Shown here one piece after another: positions 20,701 to 28,850 of a stretch of 64,000 nt of DNA. Both the position numbers and the translations under genes were made by a program. Position 1 is the stretch's first letter. Every line of letters begins with the position of its first letter. Source of the DNA: a virus (taxonomy: Duplodnaviria; Caudoviricetes); the IMG/VR virus record IMGVR_UViG_3300010429_000387, positions 224,001-288,000 of that record; one strand, given 5' to 3'. A model generated the notes under the pieces. That model searched no databases. It was given only the letters and a program-made list of their open reading frames with translations, and had not been told where the DNA came from.

Positions 20701-22642
20701 TAGTAACCTCGCAGGTGCCTACACTGTAGTACACTTTGATTCTGGAACCGGTGAGGCCGACCTTGGCGTCGATCTGAGGCGTCATGGTGTGCAGGTTGAC
20801 GCAGGGTGCGATGTTTATGGCATGGTTCTCTCCGGAGACGGGATTAGTCCTAGTGCCATGGACGCCAAGAGTGTGGACTACTCGACCAGTTCTGGAACGG
20901 TTCGGGAGGGTTCCATCCTCAAGACGGCCCACTCCATCCCTGGGATTTTCTACAACAATGCGTTCACGGACCTGTGGGGCAGCTTCTACGTAGAGAGCCA
21001 GGACAAGTTCGTTTTGTTCTACAACCGTGGCACACGTCTCGGGGTCACTTCCTTCAATAGGGATGGTATCCGCACGGCGGAGGTCAAGCTCTCCTCCAGT
21101 GGACCAAACCCAGACTTGTTCCTGAGCTTCTCGGTTGGTTGGAATGGGACCTACTTCCTGGTTGTAGGGGTGAGCGACACCAACATCGCTTACTGGGCTG
21201 TGTCTCCCGACCTTGGGGTGATGAGTCGAGGGTACCTCGTGAACTCGATCAACAACCTGATCGGGAACAGTGATCGGTCGTACATCCCTGGGCCTGGGTA
21301 TGGTGCAGTGTCCACAAGCTACCAGCCCACTTATGCCTTCCGGGCAGCCTCAGTCGTTTGGAACGACAAGCTCTGCAAGTGGCAGGTGGCAGCCTCCGTT
21401 GGGTGGTGGGAGGAGGCTACAGACCGGAGCAAGTACGGATCCTTGGAGGTAGCCCATAGGTCTGCTTCTACCATCTCAACCTATTCCGGGAACTCACTCA
21501 CTTTGAGTGCGTCAACCTCGTATCGTCAGCCTGGGGTGAGGATCCTAGCAACACGCTATTCCACCGTACACACGGTGAACTCCACCGATACGTTGGTGGA
21601 CACTTCCCCTCCAACGTTTGGTCAGCACTCACTTTCAGTTGGACCCAGCCTTAATGTCACAACTGATGACACGAATACAAAAACCACTGCAAGCATGACC
21701 CCGGCTTCAACGTCGGTTACAGTTGCAGACATAAGCCTACTTCCGAGTCCGACCTATTATGTGAGGTTCGGATCTGAGATTGCGCTGGTTACCGGTCACT
21801 CTGGAAGTACCCTCTACTTGGAACGTGCCCAAAAAGGCACGATTGCAGGAAGCTACTCAGCTAACTACACTGTCCGAGTAGAGCCCTTGTACAGTGGTAA
21901 CAAGGGCTACTTGGGTGGATCCACCCTGGCCTCTGTTCCTTCGAGCCTACTCTCCACTGCTGCTGGGGACTTGGTGCGGATGGCTGGGGTGGACAACTCT
22001 GACATCATGATGACCCATGCGGCCAGCGATGGGTACCGGTACCTCTGGCCTGGACGAGGGAACATCGACTACATTGAGCTAGAGGGGGCCTTGTATCCTC
22101 TGGACTTCCAGAACAAGGCAAGCTACCCAGGTGCCTCTGGGATCTACGTTGATCGGGTATGCAAGGAGTTTGTGTTCCACACCCTCCAGACACCCTCTGG
22201 GTCTTCTCTGGTTGTCAACCCTTCTGTGTCGGAGTTGACCAACACACCCAACACTTGGGCCAATCACGTCCTGTACTCGATACCACGGGAGGATGTGTTC
22301 CTCTTCACTCTCGGGGACTGGAACCCATTGGTTCAGCTTGAGGATGCTGATGGCGTCAACATCGAGGGTGTCCAGTTCCAAGGTGGAAACTCCGATGTGA
22401 GCGAGTTCTACCCAAGGATGTCTCGACCCTTCTGGAAGACTGGTGGGGTTCCTTACGGCATGACCTCAACGACCTTGGCTGGGGCCAAGATGGGACAGAA
22501 GCCGCACGTCGCACCTGTTACCCCGACCCCACTCGGAAAAGTCGAGGTTCTCCGATTCACCAATGTGAAGTCGAAGTCGAGAGGTAGGTACGGGTACAAC
22601 CCAACCGAGGCGGCCACAACCAAAGGCAAGAAGGGAGCCTGA
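14771..22642 (+). CDS. giant tail fibre/receptor-binding protein
   Basis: 2623 aa. Beta-helix-entry-like HLRRGVY...IPPGVTLEGEG; tail-fibre module TIDGVAL..GDKVLL..Q....NGVY...WVRA; recurring W(N/T)G propeller-like blades. Confidence 0.7.
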   Translation: MATSHTSTGATYSNLTRRELEQLRKADFFAGGKALTVGDESNAGSINDERFYSGPAVFLDDVWAIRPPTTPVPFLLSSTQPSSFVAESVRWYGPKFITSGSTGIAIGTLELQDSSIDTDFSLVQSGDLLLIKSRLDGSDGNANATGVISYVGNTPGSWPIYSLVLSSVQAPNNSPTTALEVSAEPYSYAVVRQGAVQLFAVPGSGPLGREQTFLAVSPDSLLHTISAPTLDQINIDRVTDLVSPSFSGGEAIDRADAIYQPPAGPGSSLDLVGYRPIIYRSLPDGSGPDWNAPLPKNPRIDGTIPDADQRMTIDYKAGVFRFSTPPLAGNDVKPTGGNGGVNTTTGRLQLWAVYWAADKTLTKGSASSVYVSRSNQNKYQTPARVRLELSSDANGFNPGALLLGTTSQGNDFYVRALDAEASGWGSSPNEDITPKVDFGASNAVLWSSGDPFRGFRIRQDGKIRMIQYPGYDYPFETRIEEKTKITVGGMTHPSGDYNNSHDGSAASSGLPNTYIPLQNALLEAFQQGQYSTVHLRRGVYRNTADHIFIPPGVTLEGEGYGTVLDLNSCSLKIGPNNRYGTYDPTTVDVNGTPYIPISGYEFPESFKVEGYCIVWNSARRVWGTFVADATSNSIWFNEIRLDGTRVLPGLGINVKNSAGKFFTLTSPNSSNLTSGHYPRAAHHPVLDEYVFTWTEEFSGSSGVGPRSYYDALTYRAQDTHQPVAQRYSIRYGSPRVISPYGFQQYTVHPSIAVGDIQSYNSYSIAIGCWGYNDLAFSNTAALQIIYDSVSGLTTYGTSSYNAGTITSSTDVSLVRRRSAGGVQCDFIWCWSERLHAIITGTTGYFSGGGYLSDSAYPNWSTAGVRDGDRFLLLHQTAGADNYKGRTGIVRSVSGSALYPQFEGAEGDQAEVFNSGSSLRYAIFPVSRVYCRAGTSENQIYASVKVAGPDSPVPSSTRFHFQEREPDFVRISGSSKDRAIIVYQNFDTRAAASRAWIPNFDNGKDTNYLDNAGVPGKSPYPVRVHLSTSFVIVSHKNLTEGFTGDYTYQAVIAPSMTEGYESSVSMTVSTADGYQSTYPSNLGELRRSNDLELIRRSLGSRDPLDVYPNTQGNTNHPYDDVSLRNYSMPIKGGVVPSFIPGVTWNGSDWVIVSPTVDLIRSDTGTLFVQSGTTQYLYDATFLFSTDTADPQGRTYRKTISVGDLLYFPAYGVYRTVNDSYSEHVVALDSLIGAGTFANNVEWVLVQQGAGYETQQSNECRPKCPGFRVGLDGEIIVSSSYTTFADEINIYGYEKPKQEVLSRNLFGNTLFNKIQVRVVANTNVPNLTGLGVTIDGVALKTPGDKVLLAAQSVGAINGVYIVSEHDWVRATEFAGGSHVAGTHIYVTEGDTLYNRTWTVTNTAPNDVVGTDVLTFSSAVGDLYTYADSKYGQKGMVWNDLIEGSRLEADLGFRGVVVGAPRRTGSGILHPTEQSHVAIAWGDNMYGFLDRERVDGQNVRVRSFRQSFGPYNSEIKNLTVRSDIDTGDMTLLSRNHVYTRHGGSGCPNPFFATDGYRNVFLHIGVWSYGQSWGENKVLNPPVLTNHDPRTVAGYNTSLCAVFTDITGKYTLRKRLITFPNISRLQPPVVYDENDSDYKTGIPEWQRDYLIGSLPQDILLAKYPSKRKPTYGARAIWTGSTFLGLLVVPRGLLLFDLGSSEEDEFLDEAVVGGFVVRDTSTYKQFELPKIKAFAYIGNGGGTPPGPKTNVERFLNECVGDTRSLEIVDVVQVDTCWAEDTLAVVWLAGLNGSTLNDKWGNPSAEVTLQELGRPLLGVTLFRRGQGGTIAAKQGRYNSAFNCTSYIIDTTPVSPSDNSPLRNGNIRDPKITWNGDGFTVTYLFKMEDAGVSTALELKTFTFPKEGLKSNFQIVSAFGPMNRESPRGYFSDQAIGGITSTGKLQTRQPVRAGDIILITRTSRYISVGDTIDVLNQRNNNSAGDSNLAGAYTVVHFDSGTGEADLGVDLRRHGVQVDAGCDVYGMVLSGDGISPSAMDAKSVDYSTSSGTVREGSILKTAHSIPGIFYNNAFTDLWGSFYVESQDKFVLFYNRGTRLGVTSFNRDGIRTAEVKLSSSGPNPDLFLSFSVGWNGTYFLVVGVSDTNIAYWAVSPDLGVMSRGYLVNSINNLIGNSDRSYIPGPGYGAVSTSYQPTYAFRAASVVWNDKLCKWQVAASVGWWEEATDRSKYGSLEVAHRSASTISTYSGNSLTLSASTSYRQPGVRILATRYSTVHTVNSTDTLVDTSPPTFGQHSLSVGPSLNVTTDDTNTKTTASMTPASTSVTVADISLLPSPTYYVRFGSEIALVTGHSGSTLYLERAQKGTIAGSYSANYTVRVEPLYSGNKGYLGGSTLASVPSSLLSTAAGDLVRMAGVDNSDIMMTHAASDGYRYLWPGRGNIDYIELEGALYPLDFQNKASYPGASGIYVDRVCKEFVFHTLQTPSGSSLVVNPSVSELTNTPNTWANHVLYSIPREDVFLFTLGDWNPLVQLEDADGVNIEGVQFQGGNSDVSEFYPRMSRPFWKTGGVPYGMTSTTLAGAKMGQKPHVAPVTPTPLGKVEVLRFTNVKSKSRGRYGYNPTEAATTKGKKGA

Positions 22643-22645
22643 TCC

Positions 22646-23305
22646 GTGAGCACGCACTACCTGGTTGACCTGTTCAACGACGACATCAACGATGTGGTGA
22701 CCCCACAGAATATCCCACCATCTACGGTCATCACTGGGAACTATGTGGTTCGAGTGGCGGATGACGTGGCAGTTCGGAACCCGATTGACCTGTCAGACCT
22801 TCTCAACAAGAAGTATCAGGCCATTCTGGGCACCCACGGGTTGTTCACTCAAGTCACCTATGACCCGATGTTTGACCCAGACAACGTCAACCTCTCTAGC
22901 AGTAGGGGTATCTTCACCGGCCTGAAGGGTCATGTTGGGTTGTATCCCGTGGACATGACCAACCCGGCTCCGATTCTTCAGACAGACCCCTATGGGATTA
23001 CCTGGGGAGGACCTGGGGCAGGTCCCTCACAGGCCCTTGTTACCTATGAGGTTTTCGCCTACGTGGACGAGGACCCAGCGGATGCCGCTTTTCAGCGACA
23101 CTACCAGGAACTCCCCCCAGATACCGATGTGATGGTGGAGGTCAGCTTCGATGGTGGAGCTACATTCCTACCTGTTCAAGACAAGGCACTCGTGTCCATC
23201 CCGATTTCGTCGAGGGGGACTCAGCTACTACTCAAGTTCACTAGGACTTCCTATGTGGATTCGGTGGCTAAGGTGCTCATTGGATCTTGGGCGGTTCTCT
23301 ACTGA
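22646..23305 (+). CDS. hypothetical virion protein
   Basis: 219 aa ORF, GTG start with GGAG upstream, in the structural operon. Confidence 0.65.
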   Translation: MSTHYLVDLFNDDINDVVTPQNIPPSTVITGNYVVRVADDVAVRNPIDLSDLLNKKYQAILGTHGLFTQVTYDPMFDPDNVNLSSSRGIFTGLKGHVGLYPVDMTNPAPILQTDPYGITWGGPGAGPSQALVTYEVFAYVDEDPADAAFQRHYQELPPDTDVMVEVSFDGGATFLPVQDKALVSIPISSRGTQLLLKFTRTSYVDSVAKVLIGSWAVLY

Positions 23306-23348
23306 TGCCCTGGACCTGACCAAGAACGGATGAAATCGGAGAAGCCCA

Positions 23349-26300
23349 ATGGCGGATAACTTCGGAATTGGCGTTAGCCGGGTCCTGGATCCTAAGAACT
23401 CTGCGTACCTGGAGGTCGTCTGGCAGCAGGGCAAGCCCCCGCTGGACTCGGAGTTGAACCTCATCCAGCAGCTTGAGAACGACTGGAGGCAGCAGCTTGT
23501 TCTCCGGGGGACCCCTTCAGGGTGGCTGGGCAACGATACCAACCCCTCGAAGGACTACGTCACCAGCTCAAGCTGGTCGAACTGGTTCCAGTTCGGTCGT
23601 CAGCGCTCGGGCGAGAAGAAGTCCATCATGTGGGCGGTGGTCAACGGGTGGCTCGTTCCGGTTGCCGGGACGAAGACCGGAACCCCTCCTGGCGCCCCCA
23701 ACAACACGGATGTGTGGAACAAGATCACGCTGGACCCCCCTCCGTCCAACAGCGGGGACTTCCGGTCGGACTTCGTGTTCCTTGAGGTCTGGAAGGCCCG
23801 TGTACCGCCCGGACCATCCAGCCTGAACAAGCCCAGCTCCTCGGCCGTCTACCGCTACGGAAACGTCGAGGGAGGCGCCAGCTACCTTCCTGACGACATC
23901 CAGGACCCAGCCATCGGGTTCGAGACCTCTCAGCGAACCCAGCTCCAGTACCGGATCCGGGTCATCAAGGGGCTCATCGGCCTGGCGAACTACCCCGACG
24001 GCTTCGACGCTACGGCAGTCAAGGCCCAGGGGACCATGGCTACCCCTCCTTCCACTGGGGGCTATCCCTTCGTCAACATGCAGGAGGAACTGGGAGACCC
24101 CGGCCTCTGGCGTGCTGGGGATGGGACGGTCAACGACCTCGGGACGGTTGATGGCTACGTTTATGCTATCCCTCTGTGCGTCGTCTTCCGTAGGAACGGT
24201 GTGGCTTGGGCGGGGGACCCCTCTCAGAACCTCAACGGAGGTCTGAATCGGAATCCTACCGCCATCGACCGAACTGGGGCCAAGACCTTCGCCCCCTTGC
24301 CAGTCCTTGCCACGGCCATCACGGACACGGCTTCTTCGATCACCGTGGTCTCAGCAGCGGACATCCCTCTCCCTGCCAACCCGGCCTCATCCGTCCTCAT
24401 CCAGATTGGGGAGGAGATTCTCTCCTACAACACCATCTCTGGGAACACCATCGGTGGAGTCGTCCGGGCCAAGAACGGAACCGTTGCCGAGGCTCACCCG
24501 GCAGGGTCCGTGGTCAAGGTGCTCTCAGGACGCCCTGACGGCCTCTTCTCAGATCAGGTGGCCCTGACGGACATCCTTGACCTTCGGCACGTTGTCACGC
24601 CCAATGGGGTGGACTACAGGGCCACTCTTCAGTCGAACCTCGACAAGCTCCTCAAGGGGCAACTCCGAGCCAACTGGAAGAGGTCCGGGAGCGGTACCCA
24701 GGGAACTTTCGTTCTGTATGAGGACAAGATCAGTGCCACCCCAGCAGGCTTGGGGATCACCAAGATCGATGCTCCTGACCGGATCAGGATGATCTACTCG
24801 GATGCGTCTGCCCAACAGCCTGTCGAGATCATCTGCACACCCTACACAGGGGTGGTGGTCAGCGGGTCTCAGCCAGTGGCCTCCAACTGGTCCCTGAACG
24901 TCATCAGTGCCACGACCACTCGTCAAGCACTGGGGGACAACTGGTCAGCAGATACTTCAGAACCAGCGGATAACACCGATCCAACTGGTAGGTCTGGAGA
25001 TCGGATTCGCATCCCAGTCGCCCCCTTCAAGAACACGACTCCTGGGGCAGATGCAGACCAGGTTCGTTTGCTCAACGAGGTCCCCCTCTCCAGCTCAACA
25101 GGGGTCTCAACCGTAGGCACTTCTTTCTCTGACCCAGGTATTGCCGACTTCATCGCATCTGGGGTGGAGCCGGGGGATTCCCTGGTGATCTACTACGGGG
25201 CTGCGAAGGGCACCTACGAGATCAAGGCAGTTGCAGCAGGAACCATCACCGTTGATCGTACAATCCCAGCGACCGCTGGGTGCTACTATGAGGTTCGCAA
25301 GGGTCGTGGGTCGGTTCAGATCCGGATTGACGGGTCTTCTGTTCCTCTTCCCCAGCACCGGTTCATCGTTCAACCCTACAATGCCACGTCCACCTCTGAC
25401 CTGACCCTCCAGTTCGTTGGGTCAGGAGCACCCTTCCCGATTGCGAAGAGCGAGAACCCCAATATCTACGTCACTGTCAACGTTCAGTATGGCGGGGGGC
25501 GTGGACTCTCAAGGCGTCCAGACTCGATCCACAACTTGGCGCTCTACAACCCCTATGCAGAGCTGATGATTCAGCCCTCTGGGGTCCCTCAGACCAACTT
25601 CCCGCTGAGAACTGCCTGGGCGATGCTCTGGTCCAAGTACCGGAACCAGCCCTACAAGAATCTCATCCCAGTGACGGCTGAAGCCTATGCTGACCTGGGG
25701 TCGAAGACAGTCATCCTGACCCCATTCCAGAGGATGGGCTTCCCAGCCACCTCTTCCCCAGTCAATGGGGCAGGCGAGAATACCTACGGTTCTGTCTTTC
25801 CAATTACCGGGACAAGAACTGCTACCCTATCGGGGTCTACGCTGACTGACTCCGGAGCTACGTTCACCGGACTTGGTCTTCTCCTAGAGAGTGATGTGAT
25901 CGAGATCACATCTGGCCCTGCGATGGGGATCTACGTGATCAAGGCCCTGGGGGTTGACGACAATCATCAGCTTGAGACCTACCAAGACTTTCCTTCTGTT
26001 TCTGGGACTGTTGAGTACGTCATCCGTCACGCCCAGGGTCTCATGCCCTTGAAGAAGGTGGACGGGGTGACCTCCAAGTGGGCGACTACCGATCCACTAG
26101 GTCACTTCTCAGGCTCTACTCAGTCAGAGGCAAATCTCAAGAACTTCTGTGTCACCCTCCCAAGGCACCTGGTCCCAGGATGGGGTGCGGTCTACCTCCC
26201 CATTCTCCCTGCCAATGGGACTGTGTTCCATCGTGGTATCAACTTCATGCTTCAGTCGCATGAGGGTGGCCCCACGGAGGTTACGGACTCTGACCACAAC

Positions 26301-27968
26301 AAGCAGTACATCAACTATGAGCCTGGGGGGAACTTCTCCTTTGCGGTCTTCTCCACAGGAAACCTGTCTCTTCCCTCGATCACAGAAGCCACCTACAACT
26401 CCACCTTCTCGTTTAGCGGGGATACCTACGCTGGAATCAAGTTCTTCGATGACACCCGAGGCTTGGGTCGTCAGGGGCTCCAGCTCCCACCGTTCTACGG
26501 GATTGCTCGTCTTTGGGCAGTCTATGAGGCGGCAGACTTCAAGGCAAATGGCAGTGCTTTCGATTCAGTGACTAGGGAGCCTAAGGGGTCCGGAGCCAAG
26601 AACCTGCTTCGGCAGAACTTCGACGGGCCGGTCTTCTGGATCGAGATCGATGATGACGGAGACAGCGTCTTCATTCTGAATGCAGATGCTTTGGATCTCA
26701 GCAAGTCGCCTACCCCGATCAGCACGTTCCGGTCGAAGCACTATGTCATCACGGCAAGCATCTTCGGGTTCGACCGTGGGTCCTTCGACCTGAACAAGCC
26801 CTTCAAGATGGTTCTGTCCCGAAAGCGGACGGAGGTCATTGCGGCAACCCGAACGGCTAACTTGACCGCACCCCTTCATGCTCCTTGGGCGATTCTCCCT
26901 GGTCCGTTGACCAGCTTCGACTCGGCTCTCATCAACTACAGCCGAACCCCCTACCAGGGTGACCCCTGGGGGTCTCAGTCCACCTACCTGGACTTGGGGT
27001 ACACGCCAGGGCCTCTGACGAGCGCTACAGCGTACCAGCTCAGCTCCTCGTTCCTGGACCTGGCCTCCCTCACTCGGCCCAACCAGAAGGCCCTGGAGGT
27101 GCTGGCATCGACCGGTTTCATCACGACCCTTGGAACGGGTCGCCTCTCAGGGGACTTGGTCCCACCGAACTGGAACGACTTCCGGAACGTTGGCTACGAG
27201 GACCCGACGGCATACCCTCCAACCTCCTCGATTGACAGCCGACCTGGCCTCATGACGGGAGCCCTGAACCCTGGTGGACTTGGGTTCGACCTCGAAGCCA
27301 GCCCTGAGTACCTGGGTTGCACCGAGAGGCTTCCCCTGGGGGCACTCTACCGGGACAAGGACTTCCACGGTGGCCGGTTCTCGAACGTGAACCCCTCTCC
27401 CCTCATCTACCTCGATGACACGGGCCTGGGTTCGGGCACAGGCAGCTTGGCTCGCACCAAGGTGTTCGAGCAGGACGAGATCACCCTCATGCCTGCTTCG
27501 GTCTCCTCGGGTCTTCCGAGCGATGTTCTGATTCATGTGGATGGTGAGCCGGGTCTCTACGAACTCCTGACCAACTTCCGGGTCAACCGGGGTGGGTCGA
27601 TGTTTGTTGGGTCTGGGGACCGTCCTGGTGGAGAGGTCTTTGCCACTTACTCCAACATCCAGGGGACTGGACGTGGAACCAAGGCCCTCGTTGGTCGGGC
27701 TTACCTGGTCCGGAATGCACCAACCAGCGTTGGTGCCAACAAGGCTAGTGCCGGAGACGAGCTGATGATGGCAGTGGTGACTCGTGTGGTCACCCTTGGG
27801 GTGGACGCTGAGGGTGCCACCGTCGTCATCGGGACGAACGGGACAAGCGAAGGGTCAGCAGCGGCAGACCTCTACCGAATCGAAGGGCACCCCCTCGTGT
27901 CGAACCGAACGAAGTACGAGGTGGACCCCAACTCGATTCAGCTCCCGAACAGGACCGAGGGCTACTGA
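23349..27968 (+). CDS. large virion structural (baseplate/tail) protein, paralog of 9889..12540
   Basis: 1539 aa. WQQGKPPLDSELN, FLEVWK, QLQYRIRV, GDPGLWRAGDG and TVDGYVYAIPLC blocks have counterparts in 9889. Confidence 0.7.
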   Translation: MADNFGIGVSRVLDPKNSAYLEVVWQQGKPPLDSELNLIQQLENDWRQQLVLRGTPSGWLGNDTNPSKDYVTSSSWSNWFQFGRQRSGEKKSIMWAVVNGWLVPVAGTKTGTPPGAPNNTDVWNKITLDPPPSNSGDFRSDFVFLEVWKARVPPGPSSLNKPSSSAVYRYGNVEGGASYLPDDIQDPAIGFETSQRTQLQYRIRVIKGLIGLANYPDGFDATAVKAQGTMATPPSTGGYPFVNMQEELGDPGLWRAGDGTVNDLGTVDGYVYAIPLCVVFRRNGVAWAGDPSQNLNGGLNRNPTAIDRTGAKTFAPLPVLATAITDTASSITVVSAADIPLPANPASSVLIQIGEEILSYNTISGNTIGGVVRAKNGTVAEAHPAGSVVKVLSGRPDGLFSDQVALTDILDLRHVVTPNGVDYRATLQSNLDKLLKGQLRANWKRSGSGTQGTFVLYEDKISATPAGLGITKIDAPDRIRMIYSDASAQQPVEIICTPYTGVVVSGSQPVASNWSLNVISATTTRQALGDNWSADTSEPADNTDPTGRSGDRIRIPVAPFKNTTPGADADQVRLLNEVPLSSSTGVSTVGTSFSDPGIADFIASGVEPGDSLVIYYGAAKGTYEIKAVAAGTITVDRTIPATAGCYYEVRKGRGSVQIRIDGSSVPLPQHRFIVQPYNATSTSDLTLQFVGSGAPFPIAKSENPNIYVTVNVQYGGGRGLSRRPDSIHNLALYNPYAELMIQPSGVPQTNFPLRTAWAMLWSKYRNQPYKNLIPVTAEAYADLGSKTVILTPFQRMGFPATSSPVNGAGENTYGSVFPITGTRTATLSGSTLTDSGATFTGLGLLLESDVIEITSGPAMGIYVIKALGVDDNHQLETYQDFPSVSGTVEYVIRHAQGLMPLKKVDGVTSKWATTDPLGHFSGSTQSEANLKNFCVTLPRHLVPGWGAVYLPILPANGTVFHRGINFMLQSHEGGPTEVTDSDHNKQYINYEPGGNFSFAVFSTGNLSLPSITEATYNSTFSFSGDTYAGIKFFDDTRGLGRQGLQLPPFYGIARLWAVYEAADFKANGSAFDSVTREPKGSGAKNLLRQNFDGPVFWIEIDDDGDSVFILNADALDLSKSPTPISTFRSKHYVITASIFGFDRGSFDLNKPFKMVLSRKRTEVIAATRTANLTAPLHAPWAILPGPLTSFDSALINYSRTPYQGDPWGSQSTYLDLGYTPGPLTSATAYQLSSSFLDLASLTRPNQKALEVLASTGFITTLGTGRLSGDLVPPNWNDFRNVGYEDPTAYPPTSSIDSRPGLMTGALNPGGLGFDLEASPEYLGCTERLPLGALYRDKDFHGGRFSNVNPSPLIYLDDTGLGSGTGSLARTKVFEQDEITLMPASVSSGLPSDVLIHVDGEPGLYELLTNFRVNRGGSMFVGSGDRPGGEVFATYSNIQGTGRGTKALVGRAYLVRNAPTSVGANKASAGDELMMAVVTRVVTLGVDAEGATVVIGTNGTSEGSAAADLYRIEGHPLVSNRTKYEVDPNSIQLPNRTEGY

Positions 27969-27969
27969 G

Positions 27970-28293
27970 ATGGGCATCCGAACCATCACCCTGTACGAAG
28001 TTCCGAAGGAGATTCGGGCTGTTGGGGCTGCTAGTGCAAGGCGGCAGCTCCAACTCCTTTTGAACAACCCACAGCTCACTTCGGAACAGCGGAGAGAGCT
28101 TCAGGACCAGCTCAAGTGGATCTCTCGCTGGGAGAGGCTTGATATCGAGAACGTGGTTCCACGGTTTGCAAAGCCAGTTGAACCCGTTCTAGCAGCCCCT
28201 CCTCCCGCCCCACCAGCTCAGGCCGAGGCACAGCGAGAGCCTCAACATCACACGATAGAAGTCACTGAATCACTCTCTGTGACCGAGCACTGA
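27970..28293 (+). CDS. hypothetical protein (helical, Pro-rich linker, C-terminal ESLSV strand)
   Basis: ATG at 27970 sits just after the previous stop and is preferred over the overlapping 27784 start; 107 aa. Confidence 0.6.
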   Translation: MGIRTITLYEVPKEIRAVGAASARRQLQLLLNNPQLTSEQRRELQDQLKWISRWERLDIENVVPRFAKPVEPVLAAPPPAPPAQAEAQREPQHHTIEVTESLSVTEH

Positions 28294-28322
28294 ATCAAGG
28301 TGGCCTTTGTCGGGTGAGGTTC

Positions 28323-28331
28323 ATTCTATGA
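28323..28331 (+). promoter_or_regulatory. T-rich putative late-promoter element (ATTCTATGA)
   Basis: Intergenic, heads the holin-like/J-domain operon. Confidence 0.3.
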
Positions 28332-28353
28332 GCCCACTTTGGATGGAGGCACC

Positions 28354-28836
28354 ATGAACCTTGACGCTCTGGCTCAGGCGGTATTCAACCCACAAACCCT
28401 CTTCATCTGCATGGCTGTCTACGTCATCACCTACTTCGGTAGGAAGGTGATTGAGGGCACCTGGAAGATTCTCGTAGCCAACGGGACTTTCAAGCAGACA
28501 GTGACCCTCGACCGGCTCTGGAACGAGGTCTTCCTGCCCGTGTTTCCCGTCCTTGTGGGTGGGCTCATGGGGCTCATGGCGAAGACTTTTATCTGGCCTG
28601 AGATCACGAATGGTACCCGTGGTGGACGCATCCTCTATGGTGCCATTTGCGGTATGTTCTCGTCTTTCGTGTACAATCGTGTCCGGGCCTGGCTCAAGAG
28701 TGCCCCGTCGAAGGGTGCCAATGCGGCTGAGGATGACAAGGCTCTCCCCCCAAGTGCTTCGGAGCCTCCGGCTGCTGATGGGGCCACTACTCCTGTTGTA
28801 GTGACCACCAAGAAGGACGAGACCCCCAAGCCCTGA
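28354..28836 (+). CDS. holin-like membrane protein
   Basis: About three hydrophobic segments and a charged, Pro-rich C-tail; GGAGG upstream of ATG 28354; follows the tail genes. Confidence 0.5.
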   Translation: MNLDALAQAVFNPQTLFICMAVYVITYFGRKVIEGTWKILVANGTFKQTVTLDRLWNEVFLPVFPVLVGGLMGLMAKTFIWPEITNGTRGGRILYGAICGMFSSFVYNRVRAWLKSAPSKGANAAEDDKALPPSASEPPAADGATTPVVVTTKKDETPKP

Positions 28837-28850
28837 GCGTGAGTTGAGCC

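Noticed and set aside
14771-22642. Diversity-generating retroelement or invertible tail-fibre cassette
   Set aside because: No reverse transcriptase, template/variable repeat pair or invertase seen in this window.
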